From the IMG/VR virus record IMGVR_UViG_3300001796_000003, positions 7,577 to 71,576 of that record: a DNA stretch of 64,000 nt. One strand, 5' to 3'. A program made the translations under genes and the position numbers. The notes below the pieces were generated by a model. The model did no database searches and was not told the origin of the DNA. It was given only the letters and a program-made list of their open reading frames with translations. Below are positions 7,617 to 19,000 of the stretch, one piece after another (position 1 is the first letter of the stretch; each line of letters starts with the position of its first letter). Source of the DNA: a virus.

Positions 7617-10600
7617 ATGTCGTCAGTTAACAATTCAGGTAAAGGTCCAGTTAATTCCTTAGCAAATGATGACCACTTCGAGCTAGGTGAATTAGGTCGC
7701 ATTCGAGATCAGTTTCATACGGTGCCCGCCACAATTCGTGCACTAACGGAACGCGGGAAAAGAGCGATAAATGAGAGTCTCAAAGCCGCTGAAGACGTGA
7801 CAATTGGCAACAAGAGCATGGATGAGTTTGAAAAGATCCACGCAAGAAATGAGCGCATCAGAGCGAACGTCAATTCACGTGTCTCTATCTACGAAGAGAC
7901 TAAGCAAGATCGCCTCAATGATCAGGCAGTTAACTTAATTAATCGTCAGTTCTCTCCTAGCGCAATCAATTCTTACGTCCAGCGCAACGCTAACTCCTTA
8001 GAGGCCCAGGTTGCAGGTGCATCTCTTACTGGTCAAGGCTACATGGGCCTTGACGTTCAGCGTAAGCAGATTATGGGTCAGATGAACGAGCTACGAAACC
8101 ACTCTATGTCAGTGGCTAGTACTTACATTGATCAAAATCAAATCAATCCGGCAGCAGCGTCAGTACTGGAAGGCGGATCTGAGCAGATGAAGGAATTGGC
8201 CAAGCAGCTTGTTCCTATTACTGTTGCAATGCAGCAGCTTAAGCAGCAAGGTCAAGATCCTAAGTCACGTCATGAGGAGTTGGGTCGTATTGGCAATAAG
8301 GCTGCCAGCTTACTTCACAATAACGAACTTGCAGAGCAATTTAAGTCTGGTCAGGGACTGGGACAGCATAGTTTAAGCGAATTAAAGAAGAAGGAGGCTG
8401 AGGCCGCTGAAAAGCTCATTAAGGCTCTTACTGCTCTAAACAGTGCTGCTGGCAAGACGACTGATGAACTTAACGCTCTCAATAAGGACGCCGAAGAAGC
8501 TGCGAAGAATTTCAAGGACATTGGCGACGCGAAGGAGTTTGCGGGCAAGAACAACGGCAACAAGTTCGACACCATCAAGATGATCGCAGGCACAATCATG
8601 GAAGTGCTCGACATTGGTACTAACGCGTATCAGAACGTGGCTATCAATCAGCCGATGCAGATGGTATCCAATACCGCCGGAGCAGCTAACCTAGAAAACC
8701 AAAAGTATAACTCCTGGCATGCTGCATTAGCAGGTAACATGCACGAGCGTATGAATTTGGATTGGAGGGCTGCTCAGGGATTTGGCAACACTCTAGCCAA
8801 TAATCAGAACAATGTGCACACCATGCGCGGCATTAATTACGGGATTGGCGGTGCTCTCGGTGCAGCACAGGTTGGCGTATCCATTTATAACGGAGTTACT
8901 TCTGGCGGTGGTGCAATCAGCGGCATTAACCCAATAGAACAGGCAGCTCAAGGTGCAAAAAGTTTTGCAAGTGGTGCTGCAGGCGGTATAGTAGAAATGG
9001 CAGCGAACCAGCGACAGACAGAAATGGCCGCCCTGCGTATTGAAGGCCAGCGCGCATTTATGGCTGCGCAGAAAGCACTTACACAAATTTCAGGTCAGCA
9101 GCTTCAGGGGTATCGCGATTACAGCATGGGTATTAATGAGACTGCTGGCGCGTTAGGCGGTCAGAGCGGCGAGGGCTTTCTAGGAGATGTCGGCGGCTCA
9201 ATGTTTTTACAGCGATTGAGTGATGCTGGTATTGGAACTAGAGAGTTCAACTCTCTATCCTTGCGCACCGCGAATCAGGCTGGCAGTCGATTCAATACTG
9301 ATCAGATTTTCCAAGCCGTGGATTTTGAAAGAAACCTAGGTATTGGTAATGCTGACATCAATATGCAGCGCATTGGGGCTCTATCTGCATCAGGTCAAGG
9401 TAATGGAGCTGCTGATCTTGGCAGGATTCTTGAGCGAGCAGTTGCAAACGGCATGAACAGCTCCAAGGCTGTAGATATGCTTGTTGAAAACACCGCAAGA
9501 ATGAGTGAGCAGGCGATCGCGACGGGCGGCACTGGAGAAGGTGCTATTGATATTACTAGAGCCATTATGGCTGCTGTCAATCCTAACAACCCAAACAAGG
9601 AACTAGGTCTTAAGCTTGCACAAGCTATACAGCAATCAGCGGAAAGCGCTCGTACCAACGTAGCCACGAGCGCGCCGGGCATCATCAACGTCGACCGAAA
9701 CATGAAGGCTCTTGGCGTTGATCGACTCTCGGCAACACTGATCACCAAGATTCCTACATCTGAGTTAATGCGTTTGGGGGGAATGGATGAAGCGAGCGCT
9801 CGACTTGAACTAGAAACTCGCGGCATTGACTCAAGCGGCATGAATTCATCTTTGTTCAAAGATGGCGCGTGGGCACAGACAATTCGCGTAAATCAGAGCA
9901 CTTCTGAACTAGCTCAGCAAAGCGGTGTCGGTTATGCAACAGGTAATCCTGGGGCGTTTATGCAGGAGCTAATCAAGAACAAGGATAATGCCAAGATAAG
10001 AAATGCTCTTATCTACGGCGGCCAAGATCTCGCTTTGCTAAGCGACAGTCAGCGTTCGTTACGCCGAGGTGTGGCCGCTGGATATTCACTTAACGACAAT
10101 AGCAGCTCACTTGGAATGGCTAACGCTGCTACACTAGCTGGTGTTACAGACGAAGCGTCGGCTGTAGAAGCTCAATTAAAGCTACGTCAGAACTTAACAG
10201 ATGAAAAACGTCTTGGTGGTGCAGCAGATTCAGCTAGAGCAAAAGAAGGCGCTGTTGCACTAGGCGGCAATGCAGCTTCTGCTATCTCTGCCTTGGCCGA
10301 ATCCGGACGTCAGGCGTTCGAGAAGATGGGTAAAAATGCTGAGAATGTATGGGGCAAAGCCGCACAGGAAACAGCTGCAAATCTTGGCAATTCAGCAACT
10401 CTTATGGACAGTGCTTCAAGAAAGCTTGAAACAGCAGCCACAGAAATGACTAAAAACACACAACTCATGGCTGCAAGTGGTGCAAGTTTCGCTTCTGCTG
10501 TCAGTGATGCAATAGCCAAAATCAAAGACAAATTAGGCATGTTGGATAAGGCAGGTAAGTCCACCATGGGTCATGAAGAAATTGCAAGACGTATAAAGAA

Positions 10601-10646
10601 CATGACGCCCAGCACATATGATGACGTGATGACTAAGGACAAATAA
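7617..10646 (+). CDS. tape measure protein
   Basis: 1009 aa, Ala/Gly/Gln-rich and helical with a central hydrophobic Gly-rich segment; follows the chaperone pair. Confidence 0.85.
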   Translation: MSSVNNSGKGPVNSLANDDHFELGELGRIRDQFHTVPATIRALTERGKRAINESLKAAEDVTIGNKSMDEFEKIHARNERIRANVNSRVSIYEETKQDRLNDQAVNLINRQFSPSAINSYVQRNANSLEAQVAGASLTGQGYMGLDVQRKQIMGQMNELRNHSMSVASTYIDQNQINPAAASVLEGGSEQMKELAKQLVPITVAMQQLKQQGQDPKSRHEELGRIGNKAASLLHNNELAEQFKSGQGLGQHSLSELKKKEAEAAEKLIKALTALNSAAGKTTDELNALNKDAEEAAKNFKDIGDAKEFAGKNNGNKFDTIKMIAGTIMEVLDIGTNAYQNVAINQPMQMVSNTAGAANLENQKYNSWHAALAGNMHERMNLDWRAAQGFGNTLANNQNNVHTMRGINYGIGGALGAAQVGVSIYNGVTSGGGAISGINPIEQAAQGAKSFASGAAGGIVEMAANQRQTEMAALRIEGQRAFMAAQKALTQISGQQLQGYRDYSMGINETAGALGGQSGEGFLGDVGGSMFLQRLSDAGIGTREFNSLSLRTANQAGSRFNTDQIFQAVDFERNLGIGNADINMQRIGALSASGQGNGAADLGRILERAVANGMNSSKAVDMLVENTARMSEQAIATGGTGEGAIDITRAIMAAVNPNNPNKELGLKLAQAIQQSAESARTNVATSAPGIINVDRNMKALGVDRLSATLITKIPTSELMRLGGMDEASARLELETRGIDSSGMNSSLFKDGAWAQTIRVNQSTSELAQQSGVGYATGNPGAFMQELIKNKDNAKIRNALIYGGQDLALLSDSQRSLRRGVAAGYSLNDNSSSLGMANAATLAGVTDEASAVEAQLKLRQNLTDEKRLGGAADSARAKEGAVALGGNAASAISALAESGRQAFEKMGKNAENVWGKAAQETAANLGNSATLMDSASRKLETAATEMTKNTQLMAASGASFASAVSDAIAKIKDKLGMLDKAGKSTMGHEEIARRIKNMTPSTYDDVMTKDK

Positions 10647-10653
10647 GTGACCT

Positions 10654-12396
10654 ATGGCACTGATTAAGACACCACATGCGGCAGTTATTGTCTGGAACTA
10701 CGAAGATCGTATTTCGGCCAAGGGTTTCTCTTCTGCTTTTGTTAAAGATACGAAGATTAACGAGATCATTATCAGCAAAATTTCGCTGATGTCAATCTCG
10801 ACAACAAAAAGTAAGTCAGACCCTGTGGGTTCGTTCAACTTCATGCTAGCACCAACACGCAACTGGGTTGCAACTCTCACTCCTGGAAGCTGGTGTGCAA
10901 TTCTGATGTCTAATGACCCGATTACAAAGGAATCCATTCAAGCTGCTCAGCCCACACAGCTAAAAATGTTAGGACGAATTGATGCGGTGCGAACAAACGT
11001 ATCAGTAGATGATAGTGGCGCACGTCTCACTACATATTCTGTTCAAGGCCGAGATTGGGGAGCGGTTTTTGAGAACGCTGTTTACGTAGATCCTATCGTT
11101 CAAGATCCTTCTGAATTAGGTGGAACTCAAGCTAATGCCCTGTATCAGCAAATCGTCGCTTCAGTCTTTGATAACAATGGAGACCGCAATATTCTTTCTG
11201 TTTCCAAGAACCTCTACACCATCATGTCGGTGTTAGGTCATCCTCTCCGACTACCTGAAACAGATCGTCTCTTCAAGGCAACGCATGAAGTGTCTTTGCC
11301 GGACGAAGTCGTTACCTTCCTATATGGAAGTGCACTTGGCAAGAATAACTTTTCAGATTCTCAACCGATTGACTTCACTGATAAGCCGCGAGACTATGTA
11401 ACCGCTGCACCTTCTACTAAGTTTATGGACCTTTTATCACTTATCTGGGGACCCCTTAGAGAGGAAGGGGAAGATGATTACGACCACAGCAACCCTTATC
11501 AGACAGGTAGTGGGTGGCTTGATCCTGGTACATTGGTTGGACAGCATACTATTTGGGCTCTTCTTCAAGAGAACTGCAATTACGCGATGAATGAGCTGTT
11601 CACTGACATGTCTTGGAAGAACGGGGCGCCTGAATTTCGCCTATACAGCCGCATTAAGCCCTTTTCTTACACCGACGATCCCGCTTCCGAGAAAATCGAT
11701 AGAGCAATGAGGTCAAAATTTCAGAACATTGCTTCACACTTACTAGATGACGAGTCAATTGTTAGTGTAAGCGCCGGTGTAAACTGGGCCGATAAGTTTA
11801 ACTTTTTAGAGATTAAACCGGACCTCAATGAGCTACAAGTGTTAGGTGTTACACTGAAAGATAAGTCCCAGGCATTTCCTGGCAACAATTCTGCCTCATT
11901 AGTCTTTGATCGAGAAGGGTTTCGTCCGATGATCTTCTCAGTGAAGCAGCTACCGTTTGTGATAGACGGCCCAGGACGACTTATTGATTCGTCACTCCTA
12001 CAGAAGTGGGTGCTCCTAGCTCAAGAATGGTACTTTGACTCACACAAGCTTCTAAATGGTACCTTAAATCTGCATGGAACCAAAGAGTACATTCCCGTCG
12101 GCGACAATATTATGTTTAACGCAAAGCTTATTGGGGTAACGCCTAATCAAAACAGCAGCGCAAACAATGATGAAGAGATTTTCGTACTGGCTCACGTGGA
12201 GTCAATACAACATCAATTCTCTGTGGACAATGAGGGTGCTCGCTCTTTCCAGACATCTATTAACTTCGTGAGAGGCATATTGGTCAATAAGCACAAGCAA
12301 CTTATTGGTTCGGGCACTATTGATGATCTGGCTAGCAAGCTAAGTAAGGTTAACTCCAAAAACAATGTCACTGTAGTTCCTTCTGAGGAAGAATAA
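10654..12396 (+). CDS. baseplate hub protein (gp27/gpD-like)
   Basis: 580 aa after TMP; hub-like motifs (TTKSKSDPVGSF.F.L; GRIDAVR...YSVQGRDWG; GD...VLAHVESIQHQF). Confidence 0.65.
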   Translation: MALIKTPHAAVIVWNYEDRISAKGFSSAFVKDTKINEIIISKISLMSISTTKSKSDPVGSFNFMLAPTRNWVATLTPGSWCAILMSNDPITKESIQAAQPTQLKMLGRIDAVRTNVSVDDSGARLTTYSVQGRDWGAVFENAVYVDPIVQDPSELGGTQANALYQQIVASVFDNNGDRNILSVSKNLYTIMSVLGHPLRLPETDRLFKATHEVSLPDEVVTFLYGSALGKNNFSDSQPIDFTDKPRDYVTAAPSTKFMDLLSLIWGPLREEGEDDYDHSNPYQTGSGWLDPGTLVGQHTIWALLQENCNYAMNELFTDMSWKNGAPEFRLYSRIKPFSYTDDPASEKIDRAMRSKFQNIASHLLDDESIVSVSAGVNWADKFNFLEIKPDLNELQVLGVTLKDKSQAFPGNNSASLVFDREGFRPMIFSVKQLPFVIDGPGRLIDSSLLQKWVLLAQEWYFDSHKLLNGTLNLHGTKEYIPVGDNIMFNAKLIGVTPNQNSSANNDEEIFVLAHVESIQHQFSVDNEGARSFQTSINFVRGILVNKHKQLIGSGTIDDLASKLSKVNSKNNVTVVPSEEE

Positions 12397-13409
12397 TGAG
12401 TCATGTAATCGATACTTCCATTTGGGGCCCAAAGGGATCAGCGCTCTTGCATCAAGAGAACCGTATTTTTATAGGAATGGTTCTTGATGTTAAAAACAAC
12501 AGCGACACTAACGAACTACGATATGTAGTCGAAGTCTACCACAGGAACGACAGGATCATCCTTGCCTGTCGTTCACTACGTCAGTGGGGCGGCGTATATA
12601 ACTACGAGGACTACATCTCACGTGGTTATGATTACACTCAGTCGAGCAATAACTCCAATGGGACCACGGCTCAAGCAGGTGACTTGGTCCTAGTTGCCCA
12701 CATTGGAGGTAATGGGCGTGAGGGGGTTATTCTTGGTGGGATGACCCATCCTGCTAGAAAGACCTCGCTAGATGCAACTAAAGGTCCGCAGTATAAGTCT
12801 GAGTTTAACGGCATTGAGACACACATTAATGAGAATGGCGAGTGGACCTTAACATTCAAGGGACAACCCACTAATTTGCAGAAACTCACTGCTGCTCCTA
12901 GTGAAGTAATTCCCACACCTGAGTACGACAAAGATATCGGGTCATCCTTCATGAAGTGGGACAAGACTGGCAGCTTTATTCTAAGCACAAATCAAGATGA
13001 TGGGCAAACCCTTCTTCTTGACAAGAAGAACAAGAAGACGATCCTAACCACTCCCCTTTGTGTTATAGAGAGCGATAAGATTCGTCTTGGGGAAGAGGAT
13101 GCATCTGATTGGCTCATCTTAGGATCGACCTTTCGCGATAAACAAAAGCAAATGAACAGAAAGGTAAGCATTCAGCTCGCGCTGGCAAAGGCCATGCTTA
13201 TTGTGGCCAAAACGGCGCTGAATACTGCTGGTGCCTCTATGGCAGCTCCTATTGTTGGTGCTATAGCCGCCGGCCCGCAGATTGTTGCTGCCTCTGTGGC
13301 ATTAGATCAAGCTGCTAGCGCTATTGGTGAAGCTGGTTCAGCCGTTTCTGACTTTGAGAGTGCTGGTGCCGCTCATGACTATCTATCGGAGATCTCCAAA
13401 ACCAAGTAA
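12396..13409 (+). CDS. baseplate central spike (gpV/gp5-like)
   Basis: N-terminal OB-fold-like region (GDLVLVAHIGG..REGVILG), short beta-repeats, then an Ala-rich helical C-terminus. Confidence 0.65.
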   Translation: MSHVIDTSIWGPKGSALLHQENRIFIGMVLDVKNNSDTNELRYVVEVYHRNDRIILACRSLRQWGGVYNYEDYISRGYDYTQSSNNSNGTTAQAGDLVLVAHIGGNGREGVILGGMTHPARKTSLDATKGPQYKSEFNGIETHINENGEWTLTFKGQPTNLQKLTAAPSEVIPTPEYDKDIGSSFMKWDKTGSFILSTNQDDGQTLLLDKKNKKTILTTPLCVIESDKIRLGEEDASDWLILGSTFRDKQKQMNRKVSIQLALAKAMLIVAKTALNTAGASMAAPIVGAIAAGPQIVAASVALDQAASAIGEAGSAVSDFESAGAAHDYLSEISKTK

Positions 13410-13429
13410 ATGCAAGTTATAATTATGTC

Positions 13430-14374
13430 ATGTCCGACAATCCTTCTCCTACAGTTAGCACAGGTCCTTCAAGTTATGTCGAAGACCCTATTTACAAAAA
13501 TGCTGATTATAAGCCTCCATTAACTAACTGGTTTACTGCAAAACCATATGGTTTTCGGTTTACGCCTAAGATCGGCGACCCGAAGGTGATGTACCTGCCG
13601 ATATCACCCAGTAACTTGAACATATCGACTTCATTTGCCACCAACCTAATTCCTACTATTTATGGGACAGTAGAAGAGCATTCACCTGTTCGCTATTATG
13701 ACATTTTGATTGAAGGCACTACTGGCATGGCCCCTAAGTTTGTAGAACCAGCCAATATAACACCCGAAGAACAACATGGTCGCAGTTCTTTCACCATACA
13801 GCAAAGTTTGAGCACCCTAACAGAGGGTTTTTTGTCCAAAACATTAAACGCTGGTCAGACTGCATTCAACACTGGTCAAGAAATTGGGAATATGTTTGGT
13901 CGCTCAGCTGTAACCGGCGTATATCTAAATCAAACAGGTTATTTGGCATTCCACAATCTCTATCGCTTTTTGCTACAATACAAGAAAGACGCTGCCGGCG
14001 TTAAAACTAACAGCGACGGTGTTACCGAAGTTGATGCCACTCCCCGAAAAGAAGGCACTCCTGCACCACTAACATTCTTTAATCACAAAGATAACAATGA
14101 ATACAGCGTTGTTGTCAAGAACTTCACGCTTCGTCGTGACAAAGAAAACCCGATGTTGTACTTTTACAGTATTTCTATGCGAGGTTACGATCTTCGGAAT
14201 ATCAAAAGCACAACTGGCTCCGATAAAATAACCAAATCTGCGGAACTTATAGCTCATTTAGGCTTAGATGGCGTCAAAGGTTCAACCTTTCTCTCACAGG
14301 CTAAGGATTTTGCTTCTAGAGCGCGGGATATACTGGGCTCAGTATCTATCGGTGTTAATCAATTGGGGCGATAA
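13430..14374 (+). CDS. putative baseplate/tube-initiator protein
   Basis: LPISPSNL.IS...TNLIPTIYG.VEEH...I.IEGTTG pattern resembles gpU/tube-initiator folds; position in baseplate cluster. Confidence 0.5.
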   Translation: MSDNPSPTVSTGPSSYVEDPIYKNADYKPPLTNWFTAKPYGFRFTPKIGDPKVMYLPISPSNLNISTSFATNLIPTIYGTVEEHSPVRYYDILIEGTTGMAPKFVEPANITPEEQHGRSSFTIQQSLSTLTEGFLSKTLNAGQTAFNTGQEIGNMFGRSAVTGVYLNQTGYLAFHNLYRFLLQYKKDAAGVKTNSDGVTEVDATPRKEGTPAPLTFFNHKDNNEYSVVVKNFTLRRDKENPMLYFYSISMRGYDLRNIKSTTGSDKITKSAELIAHLGLDGVKGSTFLSQAKDFASRARDILGSVSIGVNQLGR

Positions 14375-15966
14375 TGGCACTTAATAATAACAGCGCATTT
14401 CAGGCATCTGCTAATTTGGCACTTTGGTTTAAGACTTACACCAATGAGAGCCTTGCGCTCACAGATATGCCAGAAATTATCCCCACTCGATGGACTTATT
14501 TTCGAGATAACTGGAAAACCTTGCGCCTAAGATTACTTTCTTTGGCCCCAAACACCAAAGAGCCTGACTATTTTCAGGCTGTTCTCAACGACTTAAGTGG
14601 TTTTATTGCTAATCAGCGGCAAAATACCACAGATGTAAATCCATTTGCATCTAGTGAAGTGTATTTTCGCTTCTATCCTGTCTTCGATAACGTTAAATTA
14701 CAAAGCATTACGCTCACAACTGAGGAACGAACGTTCATAGCCAATAAGCAGCGCGCTCTACAGGCTTACTCAAAGAGAGATTTTTTGCAAATTAAAACAA
14801 CCTTGCGCGAATACAGGGATACATTGGCAGATACAGTTGGCCTCAATGACCCAGATTATGACGCTATTTACGGTCGTGCACCGGTTAGACAGCAAAAGAA
14901 TGCTGCCTCTAGTGCTGATCTCAACCTACTTCGTGTTATTGAAACGCAGTTAAGTGTTGTTGACTTCGTTCTTGCTAACCTATTTGCAATAGATGCGGCC
15001 ATTGATCCCTTTGCTTTAGCTCGACTTAATGCCAATAATCCTGATATTGACATAGGTCAGTATAGCTCTGGGCGCTTGATTAAGCTTAATTCAGGTGAAG
15101 ACTTGCCTAATTTAGCAAAAAGAGTGTTTGGCAACCCAGACAAGTGGGTTGATATAGCTATAGCAAATGGTCTTAAAGAACCATATGTTGATGAAGCGGG
15201 AATGCAACTCTTTTTCCGCACTAACGGCAGTGGAAATCAGATAAATCTGTCCTCGCACGATGCCTCTGGTGTCGAAAATATTGGTCGTTTTTTTGTTAAT
15301 CAGTTGATTCTTATTAGCTCAGATACTATCCCCTTTCCATCTCAACGCATTATCACAGGAATTAAGCAGATTCCCGTCTCTGGAGAGATCATTCTTACAG
15401 TGAGCGGTGAATCCAACTTGAGTTCATATCTTCAGTCAGATAATGCACGTTTGAGAATTTTTAAGCCTAACACAATTAACAGTTCACAATATATTCTTAT
15501 TCCATCAGAACAGGCTCTATCAAACCCCCGGGCTGAGGAGATTCCCTGGTTCTTGACGAGCGGCGCCAACGACGAGAAAAACACTAAAATTGATATCGCT
15601 GTCGATGAGAGTGGAGCACTATTAAACACTCCAAGTGGCGACTTAATGTTGAGTTATGGACTTGATAATGCTGTCCAAGCGATTCGCTGCAAGATACTTA
15701 CTGAGTTAGGTTCAAATCCTCGCCATCCAGGCTATGGTTTGGTGAATGTAGTGGGCACTCCTACTAATCAATCTGAGGGTACTCGAGAAGTTCTTATTAA
15801 GTCCATTAATCAGCAAATTGCTCAAGATCCGCGATTTGATAGAGTGCAAAGTCTGAGTGTTACGAGAAACGCTAACACCGATGGAGTTGCATATAATGTT
15901 GCTCTAGTTGTTAAGCTCGCTGGTAGTAACACCCTCCTACCTATTACTTTTACAGTGAATAGCTAA
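14374..15966 (+). CDS. baseplate protein with LysM/gpX-like and C-terminal gp25-like domains
   Basis: GEDLPNLAKRVFGNPDKWVDIAIANGL (gpX/LysM-like); C-term G.DNAVQAI..KILTELGS...HP.YG...DPRF (gp25/gpW-like). Confidence 0.7.
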   Translation: MALNNNSAFQASANLALWFKTYTNESLALTDMPEIIPTRWTYFRDNWKTLRLRLLSLAPNTKEPDYFQAVLNDLSGFIANQRQNTTDVNPFASSEVYFRFYPVFDNVKLQSITLTTEERTFIANKQRALQAYSKRDFLQIKTTLREYRDTLADTVGLNDPDYDAIYGRAPVRQQKNAASSADLNLLRVIETQLSVVDFVLANLFAIDAAIDPFALARLNANNPDIDIGQYSSGRLIKLNSGEDLPNLAKRVFGNPDKWVDIAIANGLKEPYVDEAGMQLFFRTNGSGNQINLSSHDASGVENIGRFFVNQLILISSDTIPFPSQRIITGIKQIPVSGEIILTVSGESNLSSYLQSDNARLRIFKPNTINSSQYILIPSEQALSNPRAEEIPWFLTSGANDEKNTKIDIAVDESGALLNTPSGDLMLSYGLDNAVQAIRCKILTELGSNPRHPGYGLVNVVGTPTNQSEGTREVLIKSINQQIAQDPRFDRVQSLSVTRNANTDGVAYNVALVVKLAGSNTLLPITFTVNS

Positions 15967-16033
15967 GACCTTGCCCTTACTATAGTAGAATAGAGTTATT
16001 ATTTTAGAGTCTTTACGAGACTGAGGGTTACCA

Positions 16034-19000
16034 GTGTCCATTGAGATTAAGAGCTTTAACCAGATACTAGGCAGTATGGTTCGAAAGATTGTTGCTGAAA
16101 CACCGCTCAGCGATGTCAATCCCGGATCTGTTTTTCTATCATTGCTTGAGGCATGTGCCAGCCAAGATTTCGACAACAATGTCGCGATTCTTAACATTCT
16201 TGAGCTATTGAACGTTGATGCTATTCGCAATGTAGATTTGGACAACAAGGCTGCTGACTTGGGGTTAGAACGATTCGCGGCTGTTCCTAGTACTGGTGCA
16301 GTACAGTTTAGAAACTCTTTAATTACTAAGCAGAGTGCGCTCTTATACAGTCTCAAACCAGCCCCTATTTCTGGTCAGACTGTGCTTTTTGTTAACAGCA
16401 CGACTGGCTGGGCATCTTCAGGAAGTGTTTATATTGGCCGCGGGACTAATTCATTTGAAGGTCCAATCCCCTATTCGAGCATTACTGTTTTTCCGACCTA
16501 CTCACAGATCAACTTGAGTACGGCTCTTCAGAAAGACCACCTTTTGTCTGATGTGGTCGTAAATGGACAAGGACAGCCTGACCGCGTTATATCTGCAGGT
16601 ACAGTTATTAAAGTTCCTGCGAACAACCAGAATCCAGACATTCTTTTTACTACAATTCGTGATGCCATAATTCCTGCCGGTGAGGATAGTGTTGACGGCG
16701 TGCTTGTTGTGGCTCAAGTCCCCGGTTCACAAGGGAACGCCCCCATTAACACTATTCGTCAGTTTGAGACCGCTCCTTTTACTGGTGCTGCAGTAACTAA
16801 CCTAGTTGCTTTTTCGACTGGTTCAGACATCGAAACAGACACGCAACTCCGAAACCGTATTAAGTCGCACTCTGCATCGTTGGCCCGTGGTACATCACCT
16901 GCAATTTTAAGCGCAGTCATCAATCTCTCGGATCCGGATGAAAATAAGCGTGTTGTTTCAGCAACACTTTCTCAGCCTATTTCGGCAAATGAGCCCGCAA
17001 TTCTTTACATTGATGACGGCAATGGTTTTCAGCCTTCTCAGGCAGGACAGAATCTTGATGTCCTTCTCTCAAGGGCCAACGGTACAGAGGAATTTCTCCA
17101 GTTAGCCAACTATCCTCTTCCTAGAGCACAAGTCGTCAATACTGTTTCTGGGCCATTTGTTTTTGCAGATCAGATGTTCCTGCGTGTGGCTATTGATAGA
17201 GTCGAAGAAACGGTTGTTTTTACTTCCTCTGATTTTAGCAATATCACTGTCGCAACGTTGCCAGAAATTGTTAGTGCCATCAATGCTCAGGCTACTCTTT
17301 TTAAGGCACGCTTGACAGATGATTCGCAGCACATCCTTATTTATCCTGTAGACCCAGATGCAGAGTTTATTCAAGTTGTTCCTAAGAGAGATGATGACGT
17401 AGAGTCTCTATATGCAAACAATGTGCTTAATTTTCCTGTAAATGAAAATAGCTACATTTTCCTCTATCAAAATGGGGTGCGTTTGCAGCAGCGCGAGCAA
17501 CGAGCAACGGTTGAAACACTCCCATTTGGACTTTGGAACTTATTCTTTGTTGGTAATTTGGTAGTCTCTGTCGATGGAACTCCTGAACAAGATCGGGCTT
17601 TCTCGTTAGCAGATTTCCCAGATACCGCTTCACTAACAACTCTTTCTCTGGATAACTGGGTTACTGCCTTTAATGATAAGTTTGCAGGCATCACTGCAAC
17701 AGCAACCCCTAACCAGACCATGCAAATTAGTAGCAACAAGAGCGGTTTAGGAGCCTCGATTCAGATCGTTGGTGGTACGTACGCAGAACAGCTATTTGGC
17801 TCAAATTCAACATTTGCGACGGGTCAGACCTCACAGTTTCAAATCAATCGTTCAAATGGTCAGCTTCGCCTTTTGACAGAGATCGAACCTAACGACGTTA
17901 TTTCTGCTGGTATTGCTGATGCCAAAGGCGCTGTAATTTCCACACCGACGTCATCAGGCCTATATGACTTGAGCGATGATGACTCGGGTCGTAAATCAGA
18001 AATGGTTATCTGCCCAGATTCCACGTACTGTGATGTGATTAGTGTCAATCTCACGCTTGACGAGAGCTTAATTATTAGCCAAAATGGTCCCTTTAGACGT
18101 ATTTTGGCTTCAAACGTAGACACCTTCAATAATGTACAGCCAGGGGACTTCCTCTACGTGACGTATCGTGGTCCTGGATCTTGGGTTAACGTTGCCAATA
18201 GTGGTTTATTTAAGGTAGCAACTCGTGGGCCTAACTACACTCCCGGCGTTGATACTTACATTGATATCTGGAATATTGCTGTTGTCAACGAAACAGTAAC
18301 TGTAGCTGATATCGCAGATATCACAGCTTTCCGCACAGACGGATATCCGCAGGTATGGACATCTTCTTATATCTCAAATCCTGCCTCAACCACATTAAAC
18401 GACCTGGTAGAATCTGTGCATGCAGCTACAGTTGGAGTAAGGGCTTCTATCTTCCAGACTAATTCGGTTAAGATTACTTCAAATACCGAAACAAACGGTA
18501 GTATTGCAATTCCAGTTTCGGTTGGTCGTATTTCAGCAATATATGCACCAACAGAAAGTGTAAAACTGAACGATATTCCGTTAATTGCTAATAAAACTTC
18601 TTCTAAGGATCTACTTGGTTTTATTAAGTTCAAGCAGCCTATTGTTTCACAAAATACGTATCTCGATAGAGCTGTTTATTCAACAGTGGTTGATGGTATC
18701 AATCCTTCTGTTGCTCCAGATGCTTATCCATACAGTGGCACATACTCAGAGCAAGTCACTGGCGCTAATGGCGTGTTTACAAGCACTAATGTTAACTTGT
18801 CAGACGTTGCTACCATAATTAGAGGCAGCAACGAAGGCCTTGTTCGTTCGATCAAAGCTAAACCCACTAGCACAAGCATTGGTACTCAGCAAGGTCTACC
18901 GCGATCTGCCTTAGATCACATGGAAAACGACGAATTCCAGATTTTTAACTCGTTACAGATGTCTCAAGATGACAGCTTTACAGTTATTGTTGATCAGGAT

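Noticed and set aside
15962-16033. Intergenic stretch ending in ACCA with small hairpins, suggestive of a tRNA
   Set aside because: No anticodon arm or TTCRA loop; better explained as promoter/RBS region of the baseplate-J gene.
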